22,978 bases of DNA from Calothrix sp. MO_167.B12 (GTDB lineage: Bacteria; Cyanobacteriota; Cyanobacteriia; Cyanobacteriales; Nostocaceae), in NCBI GenBank assembly GCA_030066045.1, contig JASJCJ010000108.1, positions 1 to 22,978 on the forward strand, written 5' to 3'. Below the pieces are notes generated by a model that was not told where the DNA came from, ran no database searches, and worked only from the letters and a program-made list of their open reading frames with translations. Positions 9,224-17,240 of the stretch are shown here, one piece after another (positions within the stretch are counted from its first letter, which is position 1; every line of letters begins with the position of its first letter). A program made the translations under genes and the position numbers.

Positions 9224-11380
9224 CTAGGGACTCAAAAAATACAAATGATCATCTTCTAAACAGCGTAATTCTTCCGGGGTACCTGTTCGCTTCACCTGAC
9301 CATCTTCCAATAATACAACCCAGTCAGCACGATTATTTACCTGGGGACGATGACTAATTAATATCGTAGTTTTACCGAGACGATTGTGTAATAATTGATT
9401 TAAAAATTCCGCTTCACTTGCTGGATCTAATCCTGCCGTAGACTCATCTAAAATCAAAATGGGTGGATCATTGATAATAGCACGAGCGATCGCTAGTCTT
9501 TGCTTTTGTCCTCCAGAAAGGTTAGCACCAAATTCTCCCAAAACTGTTTGATACTGTTCTGGTAGTCGTTCTATAAATTCATCGGCTTGGGTAACTTGGC
9601 AAGTTTCCATAACCTCTTCTAAGCTGACATCATACCCCAAGCTAAAGTTTTCCATAATCGAACGGCTCCAAAAGTGCGCTTCTTGGGGTACGAGAACAAT
9701 TTGTTGACGCAAACAATCCAGAGGTATTTGCGAATGTTCCTCATCTCCAAAATATATATTTCCATGTTCCAGAGGATACAAACCGGCAATTAATTTTGCT
9801 AGGGTACTTTTACCACAACCAGACCTACCTACCAAAGCGGTAACTTTACCTCCAGGGATGATGAGGGAGAAATCTTGCAGTAAGTGTTCTCTACCAGGAT
9901 AATGAAAGTCTAATCCATCGCAGATTATATCAGTGCGTTGCCTAATGGTAGGATATTGATTTGGTTGTTGCTGCTGATTTTCCGGGGGAAATGTTAATAC
10001 CTCCTGTAATCGAGATAAAGCTGTTTTGGTACTGGCGAATTCATCCACAAAATCAATCACAGTATCCAGTAAACTCACTATATTATTATTCAAGCTGACA
10101 AAAGCTATTAATTGACCAATGGTTAATTCTTGACTAAAAACTAAACCACTACCAATCCACAACAAGCCTACTCCACCAATATCAGAAACTAAACCGGAGA
10201 ATTGTTTGTTAATAATTTCAATGTGAATCGTTGTTAATGCTAATTTGGTAATTCTGGTGAATCTACTTTGTAATTCTTGCCAGAAATAAGGTGCGGCGGT
10301 AATTGTTTTCATAGTTAATGCACCCTTAAATGTCTCTACTAGTACTCCCTGGGTTTCAGCCTCTAGAACCATCAGTTCGCGGGTTTTCTGTTGCAGTTTG
10401 GGAATGAAAACAACTGTAGATAAGGTCATTAACCCAGCAATAAATATAGCAACTATGGTTAACTTCCAGCTATAAAATAACATTAATACTAAACAAACCA
10501 GTGCAATCAATAACCGAATGGGTAAATTGATAATAGCTTGGGAAATTAACTTATTAATTTCTTCAATATCTGTCAGACGGCTAACTATTTCCCCACTCTG
10601 CCGAGATTCATAGTAACTTAGGGGTAAGTGTAAAATTTGTCGCCCAAACTCGAACATCAAATTTAACTGAAAGTGCTGGGCAAAATGAGCAATGAGAACA
10701 TTCTCAACTAACCCTAAACCACGGGTAAAAATATACATTGCTACCACTGCTAACACTACCCCACTGAGAAAGTCTTTATCTCCTCTAACTAAGACATCAT
10801 CAGTGAGAATTTGCAGGAAAAAAGGATAAATTAAGGATAAAGCACCAATGACAAAGGCACATAACAAACCTTCTAGTAATATACCTTGGTAATTTAAGAT
10901 ATATTGCCAAAATTTCTCCCAAGAGTTCCACCCACTACCAGAATGAGACTGACTTGATTGTACAAGCGATCGCTGTTTATTTGGTTTGAGTAATAATAAA
11001 ACTCCATCTTCCCAACTATCAACTAAATCCTCGTAAGAAATATACCTAATACCTACAGCCGGATCGCCAATTACATATTTTTTACCACGTTTTCCATATA
11101 AAACTACCCAGTGACAGCCTTGCCAGTGGATAATTGCTGGTAGTAGCTTATCTGTCAAATGGGGAATTGCATTCGGTGCCACTTTCCCTGATTCAGCATG
11201 AAAACCTAAAGCCTCAGTTCCTTGTCGTAAACCTAATAATGTAGTACCTTTTTTCCCTGTATTTATTGCTTCTCGAATGTGGTTAATGGCAAAATTATGT
11301 CCATAATATTTAGCAATAGAAGCAACACAAGCAGCTCCACAGTCCTCCTCACTTGACTGTTTCACTAATTTATATTTCAT
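9224..11380 (-). CDS. Peptidase C39 domain-containing ABC transporter (double-glycine peptide processing and export, bacteriocin-exporter/HetC-like class)
   Basis: The N-terminal C39 domain has an intact Gln8, Cys14 (EEDCGAACV), His90 (GCHWVVL) and Asp106 (IGDPA). A six-helix membrane domain follows. The C-terminal NBD has Walker A GRSGCGKST, signature LSGGQKQR, Walker B ILILDE and H-loop SHR. Confidence 0.95.
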   Translation of the reverse strand: MKYKLVKQSSEEDCGAACVASIAKYYGHNFAINHIREAINTGKKGTTLLGLRQGTEALGFHAESGKVAPNAIPHLTDKLLPAIIHWQGCHWVVLYGKRGKKYVIGDPAVGIRYISYEDLVDSWEDGVLLLLKPNKQRSLVQSSQSHSGSGWNSWEKFWQYILNYQGILLEGLLCAFVIGALSLIYPFFLQILTDDVLVRGDKDFLSGVVLAVVAMYIFTRGLGLVENVLIAHFAQHFQLNLMFEFGRQILHLPLSYYESRQSGEIVSRLTDIEEINKLISQAIINLPIRLLIALVCLVLMLFYSWKLTIVAIFIAGLMTLSTVVFIPKLQQKTRELMVLEAETQGVLVETFKGALTMKTITAAPYFWQELQSRFTRITKLALTTIHIEIINKQFSGLVSDIGGVGLLWIGSGLVFSQELTIGQLIAFVSLNNNIVSLLDTVIDFVDEFASTKTALSRLQEVLTFPPENQQQQPNQYPTIRQRTDIICDGLDFHYPGREHLLQDFSLIIPGGKVTALVGRSGCGKSTLAKLIAGLYPLEHGNIYFGDEEHSQIPLDCLRQQIVLVPQEAHFWSRSIMENFSLGYDVSLEEVMETCQVTQADEFIERLPEQYQTVLGEFGANLSGGQKQRLAIARAIINDPPILILDESTAGLDPASEAEFLNQLLHNRLGKTTILISHRPQVNNRADWVVLLEDGQVKRTGTPEELRCLEDDHLYFLSP

Positions 11381-11571
11381 TATCAGTGTAAATCCTTTTC
11401 GATAGCAAAACTAATTGTTCAAGTGCAATAGAATCGAAAAAATAGGGCTGTTAACACCGATAATTTATCAATGTTAAAAACCCTAAATCAAATTCAAACA
11501 ATCCAAATTAGCTCGTGGTTATAAAGATTGAGATATATGGGAAATTGAAAAGCTGATCTAGTAGTCCTTTC

Positions 11572-11599
11572 AAAATCCAAAATCTAAAATCCAAAATGG
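11572..11599. repeat. Heptamer short tandem repeat (AAAATCC/AAAATCT)x4
   Basis: Read directly: aaaatcc aaaatct aaaatcc aaaatgg. The complementary GGATTTT motif also occurs at about 15543-15558 and 22511-22524. Confidence 0.85.
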
Positions 11600-11655
11600 T
11601 ATAACCACTAATGCTTAAATTGATAATCTATAAAGTTATCAACTTAGTCTAATCA

Positions 11656-11841
11656 TTAATAACCATAGTGACCACGACGACAGCCATATCCGTATCTACG
11701 ACCATAGCCATATCTATATCTACGACCATAGCCATATCTATATCTACGACCATAGCCATAACCATGACCACCTGCGATCGCAGATTCTTCTTCTGCTGAT
11801 AATTTTGTCAAAATGTTTTCTTCAGTATGAAATTCAACCAT
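11656..11841 (-). CDS. Double-glycine-leader secreted peptide precursor: 61 aa, made of a 25-aa leader and a 36-aa Gly/Tyr/Arg repeat core
   Basis: Sequence is MVEFHTEENILTKLSAEEESAIAGG|HGYGYGRRYRYGYGRRYRYGYGRRYGYGCRRGHYGY. The leader matches the class-II/ComC-type pattern: Leu at -15 and -12, Glu at -8, Ile at -4, Gly-Gly at -2/-1. A consensus SD (AAGGAG) lies 8 nt upstream of this ATG. The gene is directly upstream of, and co-oriented with, the C39 ABC exporter. The track ORF starts 16 codons earlier (11889), where I see no SD. Confidence 0.8.
   Translation of the reverse strand: MVEFHTEENILTKLSAEEESAIAGGHGYGYGRRYRYGYGRRYRYGYGRRYGYGCRRGHYGY
11674..11769 (-). repeat. 24-nt tandem repeat (octad GYGRRYRY) inside the precursor core
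   Basis: Two perfect 24-mers acgaccatagccatatctatatct lie at 11698-11721 and 11722-11745. They are flanked by a copy with 4 mismatches (11674-11697) and a partial copy starting at 11746. Confidence 0.9.
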
Positions 11842-11849
11842 TTTGTCCG

Positions 11850-11855
11850 CTCCTT
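11850..11855 (-). promoter_or_regulatory. Shine-Dalgarno sequence of the precursor gene
   Basis: The minus strand reads TAATAAAGGAGCGGACAAAATG, giving AAGGAG with an 8-nt spacer to the ATG at 11841. Confidence 0.7.
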
Positions 11856-12510
11856 TATTAATTATATACAGCTTGTTTGTCAATTCCATAATTCACAAGC
11901 TAACCGTATATTTATTAGATATTTTCTTCGCTAATTTATCAACCGTAAATAATTAAAACTCATGTTTTAGCAATAACATTGTTTGCTTGTTTACATATTA
12001 TTTAAATACCATAATTCAGTGTTGATGCTATTTGTTAATATACCCTGATATTATTAATTTGACATCCAGAATATAGTATTAAGTCCAATTAAAATAATAT
12101 GGCTCGTAAATCACGGTTGATGCCGAATAATTGAGAATTTGGCTGCATAGCCCATATATAGAACCATGAAAACTATAGTTTATAAGGGATATAGACTTGT
12201 TTGATTTATTCAATTCCAGTGGCTATTCTATTTTATATCTGTGGCATAATGGAAAATATAATTACTACACAACAGAAATAAAATTAGGACATAATACTAG
12301 CTGTAATATAATTAACTTCACACATAAATAATCAGTTGGCATATCTAAATATATTTTAAAAAACCTGAAAATTAGTATTGCCACTTAAAGATATTTGGCA
12401 AACAATTAAAGATATATAATAAGTGCAGTGTACACCATTTTACCTGTCTATGAATGTGTAGTATTGACGATATATTTCGGATGACTCATATGAGCTGGTT
12501 ATAATTGCCA

Positions 12511-13824
12511 ATGCCAATTCAAAAAAACCATGAAGAATTATTACCCAAAGTCAGTAATTGGGCGAAATTAGGAGGATTAATTTTGCTGGGGGCTGGTGGG
12601 ATTACCGTCTTACTTGCTGCTACCATTAAATATCCCATAGCTGTGAAAACAACAGCAATTATTCGCCCTATTGGGGAAATTAAAATTGTTGAAGCTGGAG
12701 CCTCAGGAGTAATTAGTCATATTTTCGTCCAGGAGAATCAAAGAGTTACTCAGGGAACAAAACTTGCTCAGATTGAAAACTCTCAACTTGACGGTAAAAA
12801 AAATCAAATTAATCTCAACATTCAACAGCACAAATTACAACTTACTCAGTTAAATTCTCAACTCAAGGAATTAAATGCTCAAATAGCGGCTGAAACTACT
12901 GGAATCAAGGGAGCAATCGCATCTGCACGAGCACAGTTAAGTCGGACTCAACGGGAATACCAAGACAAGCAGATTGTCACCCAAGCTGAAATTCAATCAG
13001 CCTCAGCAGCTTTAGAATTAGCAAAAGAAGAAGTGAAGCGGTATCAACAGTTAAGCAAAACTGGGGCTGTTTCTTCCCTACAATTTAAAGAGAAAGAAAA
13101 AGCCTTCAAAGCTGCCCAAGCTAAATTACAACGTGCCCAAGTTGGTATTAATCCTAACACCGCTAATTTAGCGATCGCGCAACAAAATATTATCCAAAAA
13201 CAAGCTCAAGGGGAATCAACCCTAGCAAGTTTAAGGAAAGAGCGGCAAAGCCTACAGCAGCGACTGATAGCAATGACTAATCAACTCAGCCGCTACCACC
13301 AGGAACTCAAACAAGTCGAGCAAGACTTGCAAAAAACTATTATTCGCGCACCACAGGGAGGGACTATCCTCAAACTGAAATTGAGAAATCCCGGACAAGT
13401 AGTTAATCCTGGAAATGCGATCGCTCAAATTGCTCCCCAAGACGCAGATTTAGTTGTCAAAGCCAAAATCCCCGTGGCCGACATTCGTAAAGTTAATATC
13501 TGTCAAGCAGAACTGGTAAAAAATTGTCAGGTTGGCAAAGTAAAAATGCGTATATCTGCGTATCCTTACACAGACTACGGGATTCTCAAAGGAGCCGTCA
13601 GAGCCATTACACCGGATGCAATAGTGCCATCAACAGAGGAGAATAATCCAGTCACAGGCTCTTATTATGAGGTGACTATTGAGCCAGAAAAACCCTATCT
13701 CCAGAAAAAAAGTAAGCGTTACCCCCTAAAAGCAGGTATGGAGGCCAAAGCAGAAATATTTGCCAAAAAAGAGACTTTGTTAATACTTCTTCTTAGAAAA
13801 ACCAGGTTAGGAACTAACCTGTAG
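12511..13824 (+). CDS. HlyD-family secretion protein (periplasmic adaptor/membrane-fusion protein)
   Basis: It has one N-terminal TM helix (LGGLILLGAGGITVLLAA), a lipoyl-like segment (VISHIFVQENQRVTQGTKLAQIE), a long coiled coil rich in Q/L/A, and a C-terminal beta-domain. It is divergent from the precursor/exporter pair. The track begins at a TTG two codons earlier (12505); ATG 12511 is preferred. Confidence 0.9.
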   Translation: MPIQKNHEELLPKVSNWAKLGGLILLGAGGITVLLAATIKYPIAVKTTAIIRPIGEIKIVEAGASGVISHIFVQENQRVTQGTKLAQIENSQLDGKKNQINLNIQQHKLQLTQLNSQLKELNAQIAAETTGIKGAIASARAQLSRTQREYQDKQIVTQAEIQSASAALELAKEEVKRYQQLSKTGAVSSLQFKEKEKAFKAAQAKLQRAQVGINPNTANLAIAQQNIIQKQAQGESTLASLRKERQSLQQRLIAMTNQLSRYHQELKQVEQDLQKTIIRAPQGGTILKLKLRNPGQVVNPGNAIAQIAPQDADLVVKAKIPVADIRKVNICQAELVKNCQVGKVKMRISAYPYTDYGILKGAVRAITPDAIVPSTEENNPVTGSYYEVTIEPEKPYLQKKSKRYPLKAGMEAKAEIFAKKETLLILLLRKTRLGTNL

Positions 13825-13860
13825 AGGGTACTTAAGCTAAAAACCTTTGAAAATCTCGTT

Positions 13861-13968
13861 TCCAGCCAGAGGGTGGAAATGCGTATTCGGAGGCTCCGGC
13901 TCCTTTGATGATAAATTGAGGCGGAGCCTCGTAATTTATGCTCCCACCCAGAGCATGGGAGCGAGGAA
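13861..13968. repeat. Dispersed GC-rich hairpin repeat cluster
   Basis: Palindrome gaggcggagcctc and a 7-bp stem gctccca/tgggagc. It shares the ggcggagcctc motif with 4924-4936 and lies between the convergent HlyD and 162-aa genes. Confidence 0.65.
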
Positions 13969-13980
13969 TAACTTCTTTTA

Positions 13981-14469
13981 TCAATTCGCTAATTTCCGTT
14001 GCATTATTTGTCTGGCGATTTCATAATCTTCATTAGTCAAATAACAAAAATGATAATAACTCGCTAAATAAAAATTGCAGTTAACTTTTTGATAACAGTC
14101 AGCTACAGCCAAAAAACCATATCTTGCACCCCATTCATCTGTAAACCAATCTTTGTAAAAAGAATCGTGTAAATATAGCGTTAGCGTATTTTCATCTGCA
14201 CTGGGAATTAGACGAATTAATTCAATATCAGGATGATGGGAACGGCTAACTGGTAAAAGAACATCAAAGCCCTGAAAATTGATAAACTCTGCTAGATCAT
14301 CTTCAGTCTTCTGATAATATGAGGGCGGTTCTTCTGGTAAAGCAATAAAATGTCCCCAATTCATCCAAAATTCATGCTTGGCATCAAATCCAGGGTCAAT
14401 ATCTAATCTCCACTTATCTTCTTGAGAAAGGTCATCAATCACTTCTTTTGGTAACTCTGCTAACTTCAT
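13981..14469 (-). CDS. Hypothetical acidic cytoplasmic protein (162 aa)
   Basis: Uninterrupted ORF with no signal peptide or TM segment. Asp+Glu clearly outnumber Lys+Arg. I recognise no motif. Confidence 0.6.
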   Translation of the reverse strand: MKLAELPKEVIDDLSQEDKWRLDIDPGFDAKHEFWMNWGHFIALPEEPPSYYQKTEDDLAEFINFQGFDVLLPVSRSHHPDIELIRLIPSADENTLTLYLHDSFYKDWFTDEWGARYGFLAVADCYQKVNCNFYLASYYHFCYLTNEDYEIARQIMQRKLAN

Positions 14470-14718
14470 ACATCAATTATCCAACGCTCCACAACAAGAA
14501 GACGATCCCTAATTTGTCTTGATGACAACAATATATCACCGATGAAAAATAATGTGTCACCGTACACCTGTTGTACAGTTAAGGACTTCCAGATAAAAAA
14601 CATCCCATAGTTATCAGGCAACAAAACGTGTAAACTTCACTGTCAACTGTCAACCCCTCTTGTGGGATAATTTATTTCCTGGAGTTCCCTTAGACCTAAC
14701 CAACCTCATTTTTACATA

Positions 14719-14790
14719 AGCCGATGGCGGGATTTGAACCCGCGACCGCTCGATTACGAATCGAGTGCTCTACCACTGAGCCACATCGGC
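14719..14790 (-). tRNA. tRNA-Thr (anticodon CGU)
   Basis: The reverse complement folds as a cloverleaf. Acceptor GCCGATG/CATCGGC, D-arm GCTC-AGTGGTA-GAGC, anticodon stem CTCGA/TCGAG with loop TTCGTAA (anticodon CGT), and T-arm GCGGG-TTCAAAT-CCCGC. CCA is not encoded. Confidence 0.9.
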
Positions 14791-14824
14791 ACAAACAGTT
14801 GATAATTATAACATTACTAGCATC

Positions 14825-15097
14825 ATGGTACAGCCAAATTCTCCAAATCGCACCTCCGGAAAATTCACATCGGCACAATATAATCGCCTCAAAGCAGAAG
14901 CAGTATCACCTTATCGGGGTTTGCGAAAGTTTATATATCTGACCTTTGGTGCTTCCGGTGGCATTGGTGCATTCATTTTTGGTTTGCAGGCGTTGGCAGG
15001 ACGAGATGTTGGTAATGCTTTGCCTAATTTAGCAATTCAAGTAGGATTGATTGCACTGATGGTATTTTTCTGGCGTTGGGATCGGTCAAACAAGTAA
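14825..15097 (+). CDS. Small conserved membrane protein, DUF3493-like
   Basis: 90 aa with the motif YNRLKAEAVSPYRGLRKFIY followed by two hydrophobic helices. From memory this matches the cyanobacterial/plastid DUF3493 pattern. The family assignment is unverified. Confidence 0.65.
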   Translation: MVQPNSPNRTSGKFTSAQYNRLKAEAVSPYRGLRKFIYLTFGASGGIGAFIFGLQALAGRDVGNALPNLAIQVGLIALMVFFWRWDRSNK

Positions 15098-15242
15098 TAT
15101 CGTTTCCGTTTGTATCGGAATTATTTCAGTTACTCTCTCTCTTCCTCTTCCTTTGCGTCCTTTGCGTCTTTGCGGTTTTTTATCATTCAGATGCTATCGG
15201 ATTTGATATAACAAGTAATAAACAATTAAATCCTCTTTCCTT

Positions 15243-15425
15243 CTAGCTAGAAAATGGTTGATAGTTGATAGTTGATAGTTGATGGCGCGGAGTCTGTAGG
15301 GGCGCATTGCGTGCGCCCTTGAAGAGTTAGTCACAAAGCATTTTCATCCTTGGTTATGGAATTTTCCCGTGAGAGACTAGCTAGAAAATGGTTGATAGTT
15401 GATAGTTGATGGTTGATGGTTGATA
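15243..15425. repeat. 34-bp direct repeat carrying (TTGATAG/TTGATGG)n heptamer arrays
   Basis: ctagctagaaaatggttgatagttgatagttgat occurs at 15243-15276 and again at 15377-15410. The spacer contains a GC hairpin gggcgca-ttgcg-tgcgccc (about 15299-15317). Confidence 0.85.
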
Positions 15426-15554
15426 GCACGGAAGTGATTAACTGGTTGGCATCTGGGATATAGAAATTATCATCATTGACTAAAACTTGCTCAACCATCA
15501 GTTTTTTACCTCTTGCGAGCCTTAACTATAGGTTATAGTATTTTGGATTTTGGA

Positions 15555-16433
15555 TTATTTCTCAAAAAGGCAATGTATACGTGTTTTAGCTACCCTTGCC
15601 AAAGCATCCAACTCTTGCTGCATTTGCGATCGCACTATATCGTAACATTGATCTACATAGTTGCGATCGCAAGCTGCTTCTCTACCATAGCGTTCAAAGA
15701 TAATGGGCGGACAAACCCTAGTATGCATAGGTACTGGTAAAGGTATATGAGGTAGAGGACCTAAGGCTAATCCCCAAGGTAATCCGAGATAAATTGGGAA
15801 CACTATGGGATCTAAACCGAATAGCCAAGGCATTCCCCATTCATGTAGTTGACTGACTAATTTGTAACCATCAGCTATGACATACAAGGTATCGTGCGCC
15901 CCACAGGAAATGATGGGAACAATGGGGACTTTCTCTCTCAGTGCCAGTTTAATAAACCCTTTACGCCCAGCAAAATGAATTTGATTACGTTGATGGTGGG
16001 GTCTAAACACATCTTGCGCCCCTCCAGGATATACCAGTACACTAGCTCCAGAACGTAGAGCAGTGTAAGCCATTCTCGGGTGGGCAACAACAGCTCCTGT
16101 TTTGGCTACCATTTGGGCTACCGCTGGAAAAACTTCCCAGATAATCGGATGCATCAGTCCATATACAGGATGTTCCGTGCCAAATCTGCGAAACCAGTCA
16201 TACATCATCATCGGCATATCAGGAGCAGCTAATCCCCCATTATGGGAACCAACCATCAGCACTTTTTGACCTTTGGGAATATGATGCCATCCACTGGTTT
16301 GCACGTGAAAATAGTTGTTATACAACCACTCCCAAATGGGCATTAGGAATTCAATAAATTGAGGATCTCGTTGCTCCAATGTCCATCCGAGCTTGGTATT
16401 TTGGTTTACTGGTTGTATGGTGGATTCTGGCAT
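15555..16433 (-). CDS. Acyltransferase, PlsC/DGAT-like (lysophospholipid or neutral-lipid acyltransferase family)
   Basis: Acyltransferase-like blocks: VGSHNGG (block I position), FAGRKGFIKLAL (block II), YPGGAQDVF (block III, compare FPEGTR) and VPIVPIIS (block IV). Substrate cannot be inferred. Confidence 0.7.
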   Translation of the reverse strand: MPESTIQPVNQNTKLGWTLEQRDPQFIEFLMPIWEWLYNNYFHVQTSGWHHIPKGQKVLMVGSHNGGLAAPDMPMMMYDWFRRFGTEHPVYGLMHPIIWEVFPAVAQMVAKTGAVVAHPRMAYTALRSGASVLVYPGGAQDVFRPHHQRNQIHFAGRKGFIKLALREKVPIVPIISCGAHDTLYVIADGYKLVSQLHEWGMPWLFGLDPIVFPIYLGLPWGLALGPLPHIPLPVPMHTRVCPPIIFERYGREAACDRNYVDQCYDIVRSQMQQELDALARVAKTRIHCLFEK

Positions 16434-16631
16434 GATATTCAGTTAACGGTCATCATTTATTCAGTATCCACTATTCAGTATCCACCCTACCTTAAAAATA
16501 GTCAGGAGTGAGGAGCTAGCACCCCCGGGAAGGGGAAATCATTTCAGTTATCAGTTTCCCCATCAATGTAAGCGTAGCATTCGGTGTAGGGTATCTAGGG
16601 GCTTGAAGCTCAGAAAGTATTTTTTCCTCTC

Positions 16632-16740
16632 CACATATCTTGCACTTTCTCAATAAGCGTAAGGTGGGCATTGCCCACCCTACGAAATAATAAGGGTTAC
16701 ATACGATAATTTTCTCAATAATCTTATGGTGCAAGATGTG
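16632..16740. mobile_element. 109-bp MITE-like element, copy 3
   Basis: Nearly identical to copy 2 (CACATATCTTGCACTTTCTCAATAAGCGTAAGGTGGGCATTGCCCACC...GGTGCAAGATGTG). It accounts for the spurious ORF 16516-16770. Confidence 0.8.
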
Positions 16741-17240
16741 AAATAGGGGTATCTGAGAGCTTGTATCCAATTTTTTTGGTCAAAAGTCACACATTATAGC
16801 TATAGCCAGGTAAGTTAGGACATAGATTCCAAGATTCTCCACTTGCTTATACCCATTTCAATAGACCTTTGGTGGAAAAGAATGTAGAGACGTAGCAATG
16901 CTACGTCACCGAACAAGGGTTTTGGTGCTCCGCATATTTAATTTCCAACAGAAGTCTAATGTCCTAATCAAAATGGCTACAGCTATATTAAACCCCCTGG
17001 CAACAAATGAAACGTTCTGATAGGTAGACAATTGTAGTGGGAGCGTCTCGCTCCCTGCTGTAAGGAAGCGGGCAAGCCTGAGTATGATATTTTTTTGTCT
17101 TGAGAGGTATAAACTAACAGAGAACCTATGTAAAATTACTGCAAAAAAATCCTTTTCGCAGATAAATTATACGGAAAATCACCAATTTTTCAGGATGAAG
17201 GTAACAGTTTATCAATAAAAATACAACCACTGTATTTTGC

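Noticed and set aside
11659-11766. Possibility that the core is a PatS/HetN/PatX-type heterocyst-patterning peptide.
   Set aside because: The core has no RGSGR or RG(S/T)GR motif. The only resemblance is Arg/Gly richness and the HetC-like exporter class.
11856-11885. Apparent sigma70-type promoter TTGACA ... TATAAT just upstream of the precursor SD.
   Set aside because: The spacer between the hexamers is only 11 nt, and the predicted TSS would fall within the SD. The real promoter is probably further upstream in the 11890-12504 AT-rich region.
11842-11889. The longer 77-aa form of the precursor starting at ATG 11889 (MELTNKLYIINKGADK...).
   Set aside because: There is no SD before 11889, whereas AAGGAG sits 8 nt before the ATG at 11841. 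A 25-aa leader fits double-glycine leaders better than 41 aa. The long form is not fully excluded, because cyanobacterial genes often lack an SD.
11890-12504. Additional small precursor or immunity ORFs in the 615-bp divergent intergenic region.
   Set aside because: Hand-scanning ATG-initiated frames on both strands gave only ORFs of about 25 codons or fewer. None has a Gly-Gly motif, SD or hydrophobic helix.
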